The notes under the pieces: model-generated | Seen by the model: only the letters and a program-made list of their open reading frames with translations | Databases searched by the model: none | Told to the model about the DNA's origin: nothing | Source: the human T2T-CHM13v2.0 reference genome, Homo sapiens | Length of the DNA: 64,000 bases | Strand: one strand, 5' to 3' | Assembly (NCBI RefSeq): GCF_009914755.1 | Contig: NC_060941.1 | Translations under genes and position numbers: made by a program | Shown here: piece after piece, positions 1 to 13,000 of the stretch | How positions within the stretch are numbered: position 1 is the stretch's first letter | Layout: each line of letters opens with the position of its first letter

Positions 1-1275
1 TCACAGAGTTGAAGGTTCCTTTTCAAAGAGCAGTTTCCAATCACTCTTTCTGTGGAATCTGCAAGTGGATATTTGGACCTCTTTGAAGATTTCGTTGGAA
101 ACGGGAGAATCTTCACAGAAAAGCTAAACAGAAGCATTCTCAGAAACTTCTTTGTGATGCTTGCATTCAACTCACAGAGTTGAACTTTCCTTTCGAGAGA
201 GAAGCTTTGAAACACTCTTTTTCCAGAATCTGCAAGTGGACATTCGGAGGGCTTTGAGGCCTGTGGTGGAAAAGGAATTTTCTTCCCGTAAAAGCTAGAT
301 AGAAGCATTCTCAGAAACTACTTTGTGATGATTGCATTCAAGTCACAGAGTTGAACATTCCCTTTGACAGAGCAGTTTGGAAACTCTCTTTGTGTAGAAT
401 CTGCAAGTGGAGATATGGACCGCTTTGAGGCCTATGGTAGTAAAGGAAATAGCTTCATATAAAAGCTAGACAGCAGCATTCACAGAAAACTCTTGGTGAC
501 GACTGAGTTTAACTCACAGAACTGAACATTCCTTTGGATGGAGCAGTTTCGAAACACACTATTTGTAGAATGTGCAAGTGGATATGTGGGCCTCTCTGAG
601 GATTTCGTTGGAAACGGGATAAACCGCACAGAACTAAACAGAAGCATTCTCAGAACCTTCTTCGTGATGTTTGCATTCAACTCACAGTGTTGAACCTTTC
701 TTTGATAGTTCAGGTTTGAAACGGTCTTTCTGTAGAAACTGCAAGTAGATATTTGGCCCTCTCTGAGGATTTCGTTGGAAACGGGATAAACCGCACAGAA
801 CTAAAACAGAAGCATTCTCAGAACCCTCTTCGTGATGTTTGCATTCAATTCACGGTGCTGAAACTTTCTTTGATAGTTCAGCTTTGAAACACTCTTTTTG
901 TAGAAACTGCAAGTGGATATTTGGTCCTCTCTGAGGATTTCGTTGGAAACGGGATAAACCGCACAGAACTATACAGAAGCATTCTCAGAACCTTCTTCGT
1001 GATGTCTGCATTCAACTCACAGTGTGGAACCTTTCTTTGATAGTTCAGGTTTGAAACACTCTTTTTGTAGAAACTGCAAGGGGATCATTGCACTTCTTTG
1101 AGGCCTACCGTAGTAAAGGAAATAACTTCCTATAAAAAGAAGACAGAAGCTTTCTCAGAAAATTCTTTGGGATGATTGAGTGGAGCAAACAGAGCTGAAC
1201 ACTCCTTGCGATGTAGCAGTTTAGAAACACCCTTTCTGCAGAATCTGCAAGTGCATATGTGGACCTCTCTGAGGA

Positions 1276-1292
1276 ATTCGTTGGAAACGGGA
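1276..1292 (+). promoter_or_regulatory. CENP-B box (example; monomer p, overlapping the HOR EcoRI site at 1274-1279); ~8 consensus boxes per 16-mer across the window
   Basis: ATTCGTTGGAAACGGGA matches the 17-bp NTTCGNNNNANNCGGGN core. Confidence 0.93.
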
Positions 1293-1310
1293 TAATTTCA
1301 GCTGACTAAA

Positions 1311-4025
1311 CAGAAGCAGTCTCAGAATCTTCTTTGTGATGTTAGCATTCAAATCCCAGAGTTGAACTTTCCTTTCAAAGTTCACGTTTGAAACACTCTT
1401 TTTGCAGGATCTACAAGTGGATATTTGGACCACTCTGTGTCCTTCGTTCGAAACGGGTATATCTTCACATGACATCTAGACAGAAGCATTCTCAGAAGCT
1501 TCTCTGTGATGACTGCATTCAACTCACGGAGTTGAACACTCCTTTTGAGAGCGCAGTTTTGTAACTCTCTTTCTGTGGCATCTGCAAGGGGACATGTAGA
1601 CCTCTCTGAAGATTTCGTTGGAAACGGAATCATCTTCACATAAAAACTATACAGATGCATTCTCAGGAACTTTTTGGTGATGTTTGTATTCAACTCCCAG
1701 AGTTGAACTTTCCTTTGGAAAGAGCAGCTATGAAACACTCTTTTTCTAGAATCTGCAAGTGGACGTTTGGAGGGCTTTGTGGTTTGTGGTGGAAAAGGAA
1801 ATATCTTCACCTAAATACTAGATAGAAGCATTCTCAGAAATTGCTTTGTGATGATTGCATTCACCTCACAGAGTTGAACATTCCTATTGATAGAGCAGTT
1901 TGGAAACACTCTTGTTGTGGAATGTGCAAGTGGAGATTTGGAGCGCTTTGAGGCCTATGGTAGTAAAGGGAATAGCTTCATAGAAAAACTAGACAGAAGC
2001 ATTCTCAGAAAATACTTTGTGATGATTGAGTTGAACTCACAGAGCTGAACATTCCTTTGGATGGAGCAGGTTTGAGACACACATTTTGTAGAATCTACAA
2101 GTGGATATTTGGACATCTCTGAGGATTTCGTTGGAAACGGGATAACTGCACCTAACTAAACGGAAGCATTCTCAGAAACTTCTTGGTGATGTTTGCATTC
2201 AAATCCCAGAGTTGAACCTTCCTTTGAGAGTTCAGGTTTGAAACACTCTTTTTGTAGGATCTGCAAGTGGATATTTGGACCACTCTGTGGCCTTCGTTCG
2301 AAACGGATACATCTTCGCATAAAATCTAGACAGAAGCCTTCTCAGAAACTTCTCTGTGATGATTGCATTCAACTCACAGAGTTGAACCGTCCTCTGGATA
2401 GAGCAGTGTTGAAACTCTCTTTTTGTGGAATCTGCAAGTGGATATGTGGACCTCTCCGAAGATGTCTTTGGAAACGGGAATATCTTCACATAAAAACTAA
2501 ACAGAAGCATTCTCAGAAACTTCTCTGTGATGTTTGTGTTCAACTCCCAGAGTTTCACATTGCTTCTCATAGAGTAGTTCTGAAACATGCTTTTCGTAGT
2601 GTCTGCAAGTGGACATTTGGAGCGCTTTCAGGCCTGTGGTGGAAAACGAATTATGGTCACATAAAAACTGGAGAGAAGCATTGTCAGAAACTTCTTTGTG
2701 ATGATTGCATTCAACTCACAGAGTTGAAGGTTCCTTTTCAAACAGCAGTTTCCAATCACTCTTTCTGTGGAATCTGCAAGTGGATATTTGGACCTCTTTG
2801 AAGATTTCGTTGGAAACGGGAGAATGTTCACAGAAAAGCTAAACAGAAGCATTCTCAGAAACTTCTTTGTGATGCTTGCATTCAACTCACAGAGTTGAAC
2901 TTTCCTTTCGAGAGAGAAGCTTTGAAACACTCTTTTTCCAGAATCTGCAAGTGGACATTTGGAGGGCTTTGAGGCCTGTGGTGGAAAAGGAATTATCTTC
3001 CCGTAAAAGCTAGATAGAAGCATTCTCAGAAACTACTTTGTGATGATTGCATTCAAGTCACAGAGTTGAACATTCCCTTTGACAGAGCAGTTTGGAAACT
3101 CTCTTTGTGTAGAATCTGCAAGTGGAGATATGGACCGCTTTGAGGCCTATGGTAGTAAAGGAAATAGCTTCATATAAAAGCTAGACAGTAGCATTCACAG
3201 AAAACTCTTGTTGACGACTGAGTTTAACTCACAGAGCTGAATATTCCTTTGGATGGAGCAGTTTCGAAACACACTATTTCTAGAAGGTGCAAGTGGATAT
3301 GTGGGCCTCTCTGAGGATTTCGTTGGAAACGGGATAAACCGCACAGAACTAAACAGAAGCATTCTCAGAACCTTCTTCGTGATGTTTGCATTCAACTCAC
3401 AGTGTTGAACCTTTCTTTGATAGTTCAGGTTTGAAACGGTCTTTCTGTGGAAACTGCAAGTAGATATTTGGACCTCTCTGAGGATTTCGTTGGAAACGGG
3501 ATAAACCGCACAGAACTAAAACAGAAGCATTCTCAGAACCCTCTTCGTGATGTTTGCATTCAACTCACAGTGCTGAACCTTTCTTTGATAGTTCAGCTTT
3601 GAAACACTCTTTTTGTAGAAACTGCAAGTGGATATTTGGTCCTCTCTGAGGATTTCGTTGGAAACGGGATAAACCGCACAGAACTAAACAGAAGCATTCT
3701 CAGAACCTTCTTCGTGATGTCTGCATTCAACTCACAGTGTGGAACCTTTCTTTGATAGTTCAGTTTTGAAACACTCTTTTTGTAGAAACTGCAAGGGGAT
3801 AATTGCACTTCTTTGAGGCCTACCGTAGTAAAGGAAATAACTTCCTATGAAAAGAAGACAGAAGCTTTCTCAGAAAATTCTTTGGGATGATTGAGTTGAG
3901 CAAACAGAGCTGAACACTCCTTGCGATGTAGCAGTTTAGAAACACACTTTCTGCAGAATCTGCAAGTGCAAATGTGGACCTCTCTGAGGAATTCTTTGGA
4001 AACGGGATAATTTCACCTGACTAAA
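1311..4025 (+). repeat. Reference 16-mer HOR unit; approximate monomer starts a1311 b1481 c1652 d1823 e1994 f2161 g2331 h2502 i2673 j2844 k3015 l3186 m3353 n3522 o3689 p3859
   Basis: Monomer boundaries were read at (C/T/G)AGAAGC motifs. B-type monomers with a consensus-intact CENP-B box in most units: a,e,f,i,l,m,n,p. Fixed degenerate box: b (…AAACGGAA), g (GTCTTTGG…). A-type (pJalpha-like GGCCT(A/G)TGGT(A/G)G…AAAGG): c,d,h,j,k,o. Confidence 0.9.
1442..1458 (+). promoter_or_regulatory. CENP-B box, variant with a third CpG (monomers a and f)
   Basis: CTTCGTTCGAAACGGGT retains all nine core positions. Confidence 0.88.
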
Positions 4026-7000
4026 CAGAAGCAGTCTCTGAATCTTCTTTGTGATGTTTGCATTCAAATCCCAGAGTTGAACTTTCCTTTCCAAGTTCAT
4101 GTTTGAAACACACTTTTTGCAGGATCTACAAGTGGATATTTGGACCACTCTGTGTCCTTCGTTCGAAACGGGTATATCTTCACATGACATCTAGACAGAA
4201 GCTTTCTCAGAAGCTTCTCTGTGATGACTGCATTCAACTCACGGAGTTGAACACTCCTTTTGAGAGCGCAGTTTTGAAACTCTCTTTCTGTGGCATCCGC
4301 AAGGGGACATGTAGACCTCTTTGAAGATTTCGTTGGAAACGGAATCATCTTCACATCAAAACTATGCAGATGCATTCTCAGGAACTTTTTGGTGATGTTT
4401 GTATTCAACTCCCAGAGTTGAACTTTCCTTTGGAAAGAGCAGCTATGAAACACTCTTTTTCTAGAATCTGCAAGTGGACGTTTGGAGGGCTTTGTGGTTT
4501 GTGGTGGAAAAGGAAATATCTTCACCTAAATACTAGATAGAAGCATTCTCAGAAACTGCTTTGTGATGATTGCATTCACCTCAAAGAGTTGAACATTACT
4601 ATTGATAGAGCAGTTTGGAAACACTCTTGTTGTGGAATGTGCAAGTGGAGATTTGGAGCGCTTTGAGGCCTATGGTAGTAAAGGGAATAGCTTCATAGAA
4701 AAACTAGACAGAAGCATTCTCAGAAAATACTTTGTGATGATTGAGTTGAACTCACAGAGCTGAACATTCCTTTGGATGGAGCAGGTTTGAGACACACTTT
4801 TTGTAGAATCTACAAGTGGATATTTGGACCTCTCTGAGGATTTCGTTGGAAACGGGATAACTGCACCTAACTAAACGGAAGCATTCTCAGAAACTTCTTG
4901 GTGATGTTTGCATTCAAATCCCAGAGTTGAACCTTCCTTTGATAGTTCAGGTTTGAAACACTCTTTTTGTAGGATCTGCAAGTGGATATTTGGACCACTC
5001 TGTGGCCTTCGTTCGAAACGGGTACATCTTCGCATAAAATCTAGACAGAAGCCTTCTCAGAAACTTCTCTGTGATGATTGCATTCAACTCACAGAGTTGA
5101 ACCCTCCTATGGATAGAGTAGTGTTGAAACTCTCTTTTTGTGGAATCTGCAAGTGGATATGTGGACCTCTCCGAAGATGTCTTTGGAAACGGGAATATCT
5201 TCACATAAAAACTAAACAGAAGCATTCTCAGAAACTTCTCTGTGATGTTTGTGTTCAACTCCCAGAGTTTCACATTGCTTTTCATAGAGTAGTTCTGAAA
5301 CATGCTTTTCGTAGTGTCTGCAAGTGGACATTTGGAGCGCTTTCAGGCCTGTGGTGGAAAACGAATTATGGTCACATAAAAACTGGAGAGAAGCATTGTC
5401 AGAAACTTCTTTGTGATGATTGCATTCAACTCACAGAGTTGAATGTTCCTTTTCAAACAGCAGTTTCCAATCACTCTTTCTGTGGAATCTGCAAGTGGAT
5501 ATTTGGACCTCTTTGAAGATTTCGTTGGAAACGGGAGAATGTTCACAGAAAAGCTAAACAGAAGCATTCTCAGAAACTTCTTTGTGATGCTTGCATTCAA
5601 CTCACAGAGTTGAACTTTCCTTTCGAGAGAGAAGCTTTGAAACACTCTTTTTCCAGAATCTGCAAGTGGACATTTGGAGGGCTTTGAGGCCTGTGGTGGA
5701 AAAGGAATTATCTTCCCGTAAAAGCTAGATAGAAGCATTCTCAGAAACTACTTTGTGATGATTGCATTCAAGTCACAGAGTTGAACATTCCCTTTGACAG
5801 AGCAGTTTGGAAACTCTCTTTGTGTAGAATCTGCAAGTGGAGATATGGACCGCTTTGAGGACTATGGTAGTAAAGGAAATAGCTTCATATAAAAGCTAGA
5901 CAGTAGCATTCACAGAAAACTCTTGGTGACGACTGAGTTTAAATCACAGAGCTGAACATCCCTTTGGATGGAGCAGTTTGGAAACACACTATTTGTAGAA
6001 TGTGCAAGTGGATATTTGGGCCTCTCTGAGGATTTCGTTGGAAACGGGATAAACCGCACAGAACTAAACAGAAGCATTCTCAGAACCTTCTTCGTGATGT
6101 TTGCATTCAACTCACAGTGTTGAACCTTTCTTTGATAGTTCAGCTTTGAAACGGTCTTTCTGTAGAAACTGCAATTAGATATTTGGCCCTCTCTGAGGGT
6201 TTCGTTGGAAACGGGATAAACCGCACAGAACTAAAACAGAAGCATTCTCAGAACCCTCTTCGTGATGTTTGCATTCAACTCACAGTGCTGAACCTTTCTT
6301 TGATAGTTCAGCTTTGAAACACTCTTTTTGTAGAAACTGGAAGTGGATATTTGGTCCTCTCTGAGGATTTCGTTGGAAACGGGATAAACCGCACAGAACT
6401 AAACAGAAGCATTCTCAGAACCTTCTTCGTGATGTCTGCATTCAACTCACAGTGTGGAACCTTTCTTTGATAGTTCAGGTTTGAAACACTCTTTTTGTAG
6501 AAACTGCAAGGGGATAATTGCACTTCTTTGAGGCCTACCGTAGTAAAGGAAATAACTTCCTATAAAAAGAAGACAGAAGCTTTCTCAGAAAATTCTTTGG
6601 GATGATTGAGTTGAACTCACAGAGCTGAACATTCCTTGCGATGTAGCAGTTTAGAAACACACTTTCTGCTGAATCTGCAAGTGCATATTTGGACCTCTGT
6701 GAGGAATTCGTTGGAAACGGGATAATTTCAGCTGACTAAACAGAAGCAGTCTCAGAATCTTCTTTGTGATGTTAGCATTCAAATCCCAGAGTTGAACTTT
6801 CCTTTCAAAGTTCACGTTTGAAACACTCTTTTTGCAGGATCTACAAGTGGATATTTGGACCACTCTGTGTCCTTCGTTCGAAACGGGTATATCTTCACAT
6901 GACATCTAGACAGAAGCATTCTCAGAAGCTTCTCTGTGATGACTGCATTCAACTCACGGAGTTGAACACTCCTTTTGAGAGCGCAGTTTTGAAACTCTCT

Positions 7001-10000
7001 TTCTGTGGCATCTGCAAGGGGACATGTAGACCTCTTTGAAGATTTCGTTGGAAACGGAATCATCTTCACATCAAAACTATACAGATGCATTCTCAGGAAC
7101 TTTTTGGTGATGTTTGTATTCAACTCCCAGAGTTGAACTTTCCTTTGGAAAGAGCAGCTATGAAACACTCTTTTTCTAGAATCTGCAAGTGGACGTTTGG
7201 AGGGCTTTGTGGTTTGTGGTGGAAAAGGAAATATCTTCACCTAAATACTAGATAGAAGCATTCTCAGAAACTGCTTTGTGATGATTGCATTCACCTCACA
7301 GAGTTGAACATTCCTATTGATAGAGCAGTTTGGAAACACTCTTGTTGTGGAATGTGCAAGTGGAGATTTGGAGCGCTTTGAGGCCTATGGTAGTAAAGGG
7401 AATAGCTTCATAGAAAAACTAGACAGAAGCATTCTCAGAAAATACTTTGTGATGATTGAGTTGAACTCACAGAGCTGAACATTCCTTTGGATGGAGCAGG
7501 TTTGAGACACACTATTTGTAGAATCTACAAGTGGATATTTGGACATCTCTGAGGATTTCGTAGGAAACGGGATAACTGCACCTAACTAAACGGAAGCATT
7601 CTCAGAAACTTCTTGGTGATGTTTGCATTCAAATCCCAGAGTTGAACCTTCCTTTGATAGTTCAGGTTTGAAACACTCTTTTTGTAGGATCTGCAAGTGG
7701 ATATTTGGACCACTCTGTGGCCTTCGTTCGAAACGGGTACATCTTCGCATAAAATCTAGACAGAAGCCTTCTCAGAAACTTCTCTGTGATGATTGCATTC
7801 AACTCACAGAGTTGAACCCTCCTATGGATAGAGCAGTGTTGAAACGCTCTTTTTGTGGAATCTGCAAGTGGATATGTGGACCTCTCCGAAGATGTCTTTG
7901 GAAACGGGAATATCTTCACATAAAAACTAAACGGAAGCATTCTCAGAAACTTCTCTGTGATGTTTGTGTTCAACTCCCAGAGTTTCACATTGCTTTTCAT
8001 AGAGTAGTTCTGAAACATGCTTTTCGTAGTGTCTGCAAGTGGACATTTGGAGCGCTTTCAGGCCTGTGGTGGAAAACGAATTATGGTCACATAAAAACTG
8101 GAGAGAAGCATTGTCAGAAACTTCTTTGTGATGATTGCATTCAACTCACAGAGTTGAAGGTTCCCTTTCAAACAGCAGTTTCCAATCACTCTTTCTGTGG
8201 AATCTGTAAGTGGATATTTGGACCTCTTTGAAGATTTCGTTGGAAACGGGAGAATCTTCACAGAAAAGCTAAACAGAAGCATTCTCAGAAACTTCTTTGT
8301 GATGCTTGCATTCAACTCACAGAGTTGAACTTTCCTTTCGAGAGAGAAGCTTTGAAACACTCTTTTTCCAGAATCTGCAAGTGGACATTTGGAGGGCTTT
8401 GTGGCCTGTGGTGGAAAAGGAATTATCTTCCCGAAAAAGCTAGATAGAAGCATTCTCAGAAACTACTTTGTGATGATTGCATTCAAGTCACAGAGTTGAA
8501 CATTCCCTTTGACAGAGCAGTTTGGAAACTCTCTTTGTGTAGAATCTGCAAGTGGAGATATGGACCGCTTTGAGACCTATGGTAGTAAAGGAAATAGCTT
8601 CATATAAAAGCTAGACAGTAGCATTCACAGAAAACTCTTGGTGACGACTGAGTTTAACTCACAGAGCTGAACATCGCTTTGGATGGAGCAGTTTCGAAAC
8701 ACACTATTTGTAGAATGTGCAAGTGGATATTTGGGCCTCTCTGAGGATTTCGTTGGAAACGGGATAAACCGCACAGAACTAAACAGAAGCATTCTCAGAA
8801 CCTTCTTCGTGATGTTTGCATTCAACTCACAGTGTTGAACCTTTCTTTGATAGTTCAGCTTTGAAACGGTCTTTCTGTAGAAACTGCAAGTAGATATTTG
8901 GCCCTCTCTGAGGATTTCGTTGGAAACGGGATAAACCGCACAGAACTAAAACAGAAGCATTCTCAGAACCCTCTTCGTGATGTTTGCATTCAACTCACAG
9001 TGCTGAACCTTTCTTTGATAGTTCAGCTTTGAAACACTCTTTTTGTAGAAACTGCAAGTGGATATTTGGTCCTCTCTGAGGATTTCGTTGGAAACGGGAT
9101 AAACCGCACAGAACTAAACAGAAGCATTCTCAGAACGTTCTTCGTGATGTCTGCATTCAACTCACAGTGTGGAACCTTTCTTTGATAGTTCAGGTTTGAA
9201 ACACTCTTTTTGTAGAAACTGCAAGGGGATAATTGCACTTCTTTGAGGCCTACCGTAGTAAAGGAAATAACTTCCTATAAAAAGAAGACAGAAGCTTTCT
9301 CAGAAAATTCTTTGGGATGATTGAGTTGAGGAAACAGAGCTGAACACTCCTTGTGATGTAGCAGTTTAGAAACACACTTTCTGCAGAATCTGCAAGTGCA
9401 TATTTGGACCTCTCTGAGGAATTCGTTGGAAACGGGATAATTTCAGCTGACTAAACAGAAGCAGTCTCAGAATCTTCTTTGTGATGTTTGCATTCAAATC
9501 CCAGAGTTGAACTTTCCTTTCAAAGTTCACGTTTGAAACACTCTTTTTGCAGGATCTACAAGTGGATATTTGGACCACTCTGTGTCCTTCGTTCAAAACG
9601 GGTATATCTTCACATGACATCTAGACAGAAGCATTCTCAGAAGCTTCTCTGTGATGACTGCATTCAACTCACGGAGTTGAACACTCCTTTTGAGAGCGCA
9701 GTTTTGAAACTCTCTTTCTGTGGCATCTGCAAGGGGACATGTAGACCTCTTTGAAGATTTCGTTGGAAACGGAATCATCTTCACATAAAAACTATACAGA
9801 TGCATTCTCAGGAACTTTTTGGTGATGTTTGTATTCAACTCCCAGAGTTGAACTTTCCTTTGGAAAGAGCAGCTATGAAACACTCTTTTTCTAGAATCTG
9901 CAAGTGGACGTTTGGAGGGCTTTGTGGTTTGTGGTGGAAAAGGAAATATCTTCACCTAAATACTAGATAGAAGCATTCTCAGAAACTGCTTTGTGATGAT

Positions 10001-13000
10001 TGCTTTCACCTCACAGAGTTGAACATTCCTATTGATAGAGCAGTTTGGAAACACTCTTGTTGTGGAATGTGCAAGTGGAGATTTGGAGCGCTTTGAGGCC
10101 TATGGTAGTAAAGGGAATAGCTTCATAGAAAAACTAGACAGAAGCATTCTCAGAAAATACTTTGTGATGATTGAGTTGAACTCACAGAGCTGAACATTCC
10201 TTTGGATGGAGCAGGTTTGAGACACACTTTTTGTAGAATCTACAAGTGGATATTTGGACCTCTCTGAGGATTTCGTTGGAAACGGGATAACTGCACCTAA
10301 CTAAACGGAAGCATTCTCAGAAACTTCTTGGTGATGTTTGCATTCAAATCCCAGAGTTGAACCTTCCTTTGATAATTCAGGTTTGAAACACTCTTTTTGT
10401 AGGATCTGCAAGTGGATATTTGGACCACTCTGTGGCCTTCGTTCGAAACGGGTACATCTTCGCATAAAATCTAGACAGAAGCCTTCTCAGAAACTTCTCT
10501 GTGATGATTGCATTCAACTCACAGAGTTGAACCCTCCTATGGATAGAGCAGTGTTGAAACTCTCTTTTTGTGGAATCTGCAAGTGGATATGTGGACCTCT
10601 CCGAAGATGTCTTTGGAAACGGGAATATCTTCACATAAAAACTAAACAGAAGCATTCTCAGAAACTTCTCTGTGATGTTTGTGTTCAACTCCCAGAGTTT
10701 CACATTGCTTCTCATAGAGTAGTTCTGAAACATGCTTTTCGTAGTGTCTGCAAGTGGACATTTGGAGCGCTTTCAGGCCTGTGGTGGAAAACGAATTATG
10801 GTCACATAAAAACTGGAGAGAAGCATTGTCAGAAACTTCTTTGTGATGATTGCATTCAACTCACAGAGTTGAAGGTTCCTTTTCAAACAGCAGTTTCCAA
10901 TCACTCTTTCTGTGGAATCTGCAAGTGGATATTTGGACCTCTTTGAAGATTTCGTTGGAAACGGGAGAATCTTCACAGAAAAGCTAAACAGAAGCATTCT
11001 CAGAAACTTCTTTGTGATGCTTGCATTCAACTCACAGAGTTGAACTTTCCTTTCGAGAGAGAAGCTTTGAAACACTCTTTTTCCAGAATCTGCAAGTGGA
11101 CATTTGGAGGGCTTTGAGGCCTGTGGTGGAAAAGGAATTATCTTCCCGTAAAAGCTAGATAGAAGCATTCCCAGAAACTACTTTGTGATGATTGCATTCA
11201 AGTCACAGAGTTGAAGATTCCCTTTGACAGAGCTGTTTGGAAACTCTCTTTGTGTAGAATCTGCAAGTGGAGATATGGACCGCTTTGAGGACTATGGTAG
11301 TAAAGGAAATAGCTTCATATAAAAGCTAGACAGTAACATTCACAGAAAACTCTTGGTGGCGACTGAGTTTAAATCACAGAGCTGAACATCCCTTTGGATG
11401 GAGCAGTTTGGAAACACACTATTTGTAGAATGTGCAAGTGGATATTGGGGCCTCTCTGAGGATTTCGTTGGAAACGGGATAAACCGCACAGAACTAAACA
11501 GAAGCATTCTCAGAACCTTCTTCGTGATGTTTGCATTCAACTCACAGTGCTGAACCTTTCTTTGATAGTTCAGCTTTGAAACACTCTTTTTGTAGAAACT
11601 GCAAGTGGATATTTGGACCTCTCTGAGGATTTCGTTGGAAACGGGATAAACTGCACAGAACTAAAACAGAAGCATTCTCAGAACCCTCTTCGTGATGTTT
11701 GCATTCAACTCACAGTGCTGAAGCTTTCTTTGATAGTTCAGCTTTGAAACACTCTTTTTGTAGAAACTGCAAGTGGATATTTTGTCCTCTCTGAGGATTT
11801 CGTTGGAAACGGGATAAACCGCACAGAACTAAACAGAAGCATTCTCAGAACCTTCTTCGTGATGTCTGCATTCAACTCACAGTGTGGAACCTTTCTTTGA
11901 TAGTTCAGGTTTGAAACACTCTTTTTGTAGAAACTGTAAGGGGATAATTGCACTTCTTTGAGGCCTACCGTAGCAAAAGAAATAACTTCCTATAAAAAGA
12001 AGACAGAAGCTTTCTCAGAAAATTCTTTGGGATGATTGAGTTGAACTCACAGAGCTGAACATTCCTTGTGAGGTAGCAGTTTATAAACACACTTTCTGCA
12101 GAACCTGCAAGTGCATATTTAGACCTCTCTGAGGAATTCCTTGGAAACGGGATAATTTCAGCTGACTAAACAGAAGCAGTCTCAGAATCTTCTTTGTGAT
12201 GTTTGCATTCAAATCCCAGAGTTGAACTTTCCTTTCAAAGTTCACGTTTGAAACACTCTTTTTGCAGGATCTACAAGTGGATATTTGGACCACTCTGTGT
12301 CCTTCGTTCGAAACGGGTATATCTTCACATGACATCTAGACAGAAGCATTCTCAGTAGCTTCTCTGTGATGACTGCATTCAACTCACGGAGTTGAACACT
12401 CCTTTTGAGAGCGCAGTTTTGAAACTCTCTTTCTGTGACATCTGCAAGGGGACATGTAGACCTCTCTGAAGATTTCGTTGGAAACAGAATCATCTTCACA
12501 TAAAAACTATACAGATGCATTCTCAAGAACTTTTTGGTGATGTTTGTATTCAACTCCCAGAGTTGAACTTTCCTTTGGAAAGAGCAGCTATGAAACACTC
12601 TTTTTCTAGAATCTGCAAGTGGACGTTTGGAGGGCTTTGTGGTTTGTGGTGGAAAAGGAAATATCTTCACCTAAATACTAGATAGAAGCATTCTCAGAAA
12701 CTGCTTTGTGATGATTGCATTCACCTCACAGAGTTGAACATTCCTATTGATAGAGCAGTTTGGAAACACTCTTGTTGTGGAATGTGCAAGTGGAGATTTG
12801 GAGCGCTTTGAGGCCTATGGTAGTAAAGGGAATAGCTTCATAGAAAAACTAGACAGAAGCATTCTCAGAAAATACTTTGTGATGATTGAGTTTAGCTCAC
12901 AGAGCTGAACATATCTTTGGATGGAGCAGGTTTGAGACACACTTTTTGTAGAATCTACAATTGGATATTTGGACCTCTCTGAGGATTTCGTTGGAAACGG

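Noticed and set aside
1447-1452. Short palindromes (TTCGAA, AAGCTT, TCTAGA, AGGCCT) as cruciform or terminator elements
   Set aside because: They are only 6 bp, expected by chance; I could not identify a long dyad by eye.
2193-2801. Recurrent 202-aa + strand ORF (Cys/His-rich, superficially zinc-finger-like)
   Set aside because: It is a translation of satellite monomers f-i with a TTG start and internal 57-aa periodicity from the 171-bp monomer. It is broken by stops in three units (31446, 33684, 39374). Its recurrence reflects array homogenisation, not coding selection.
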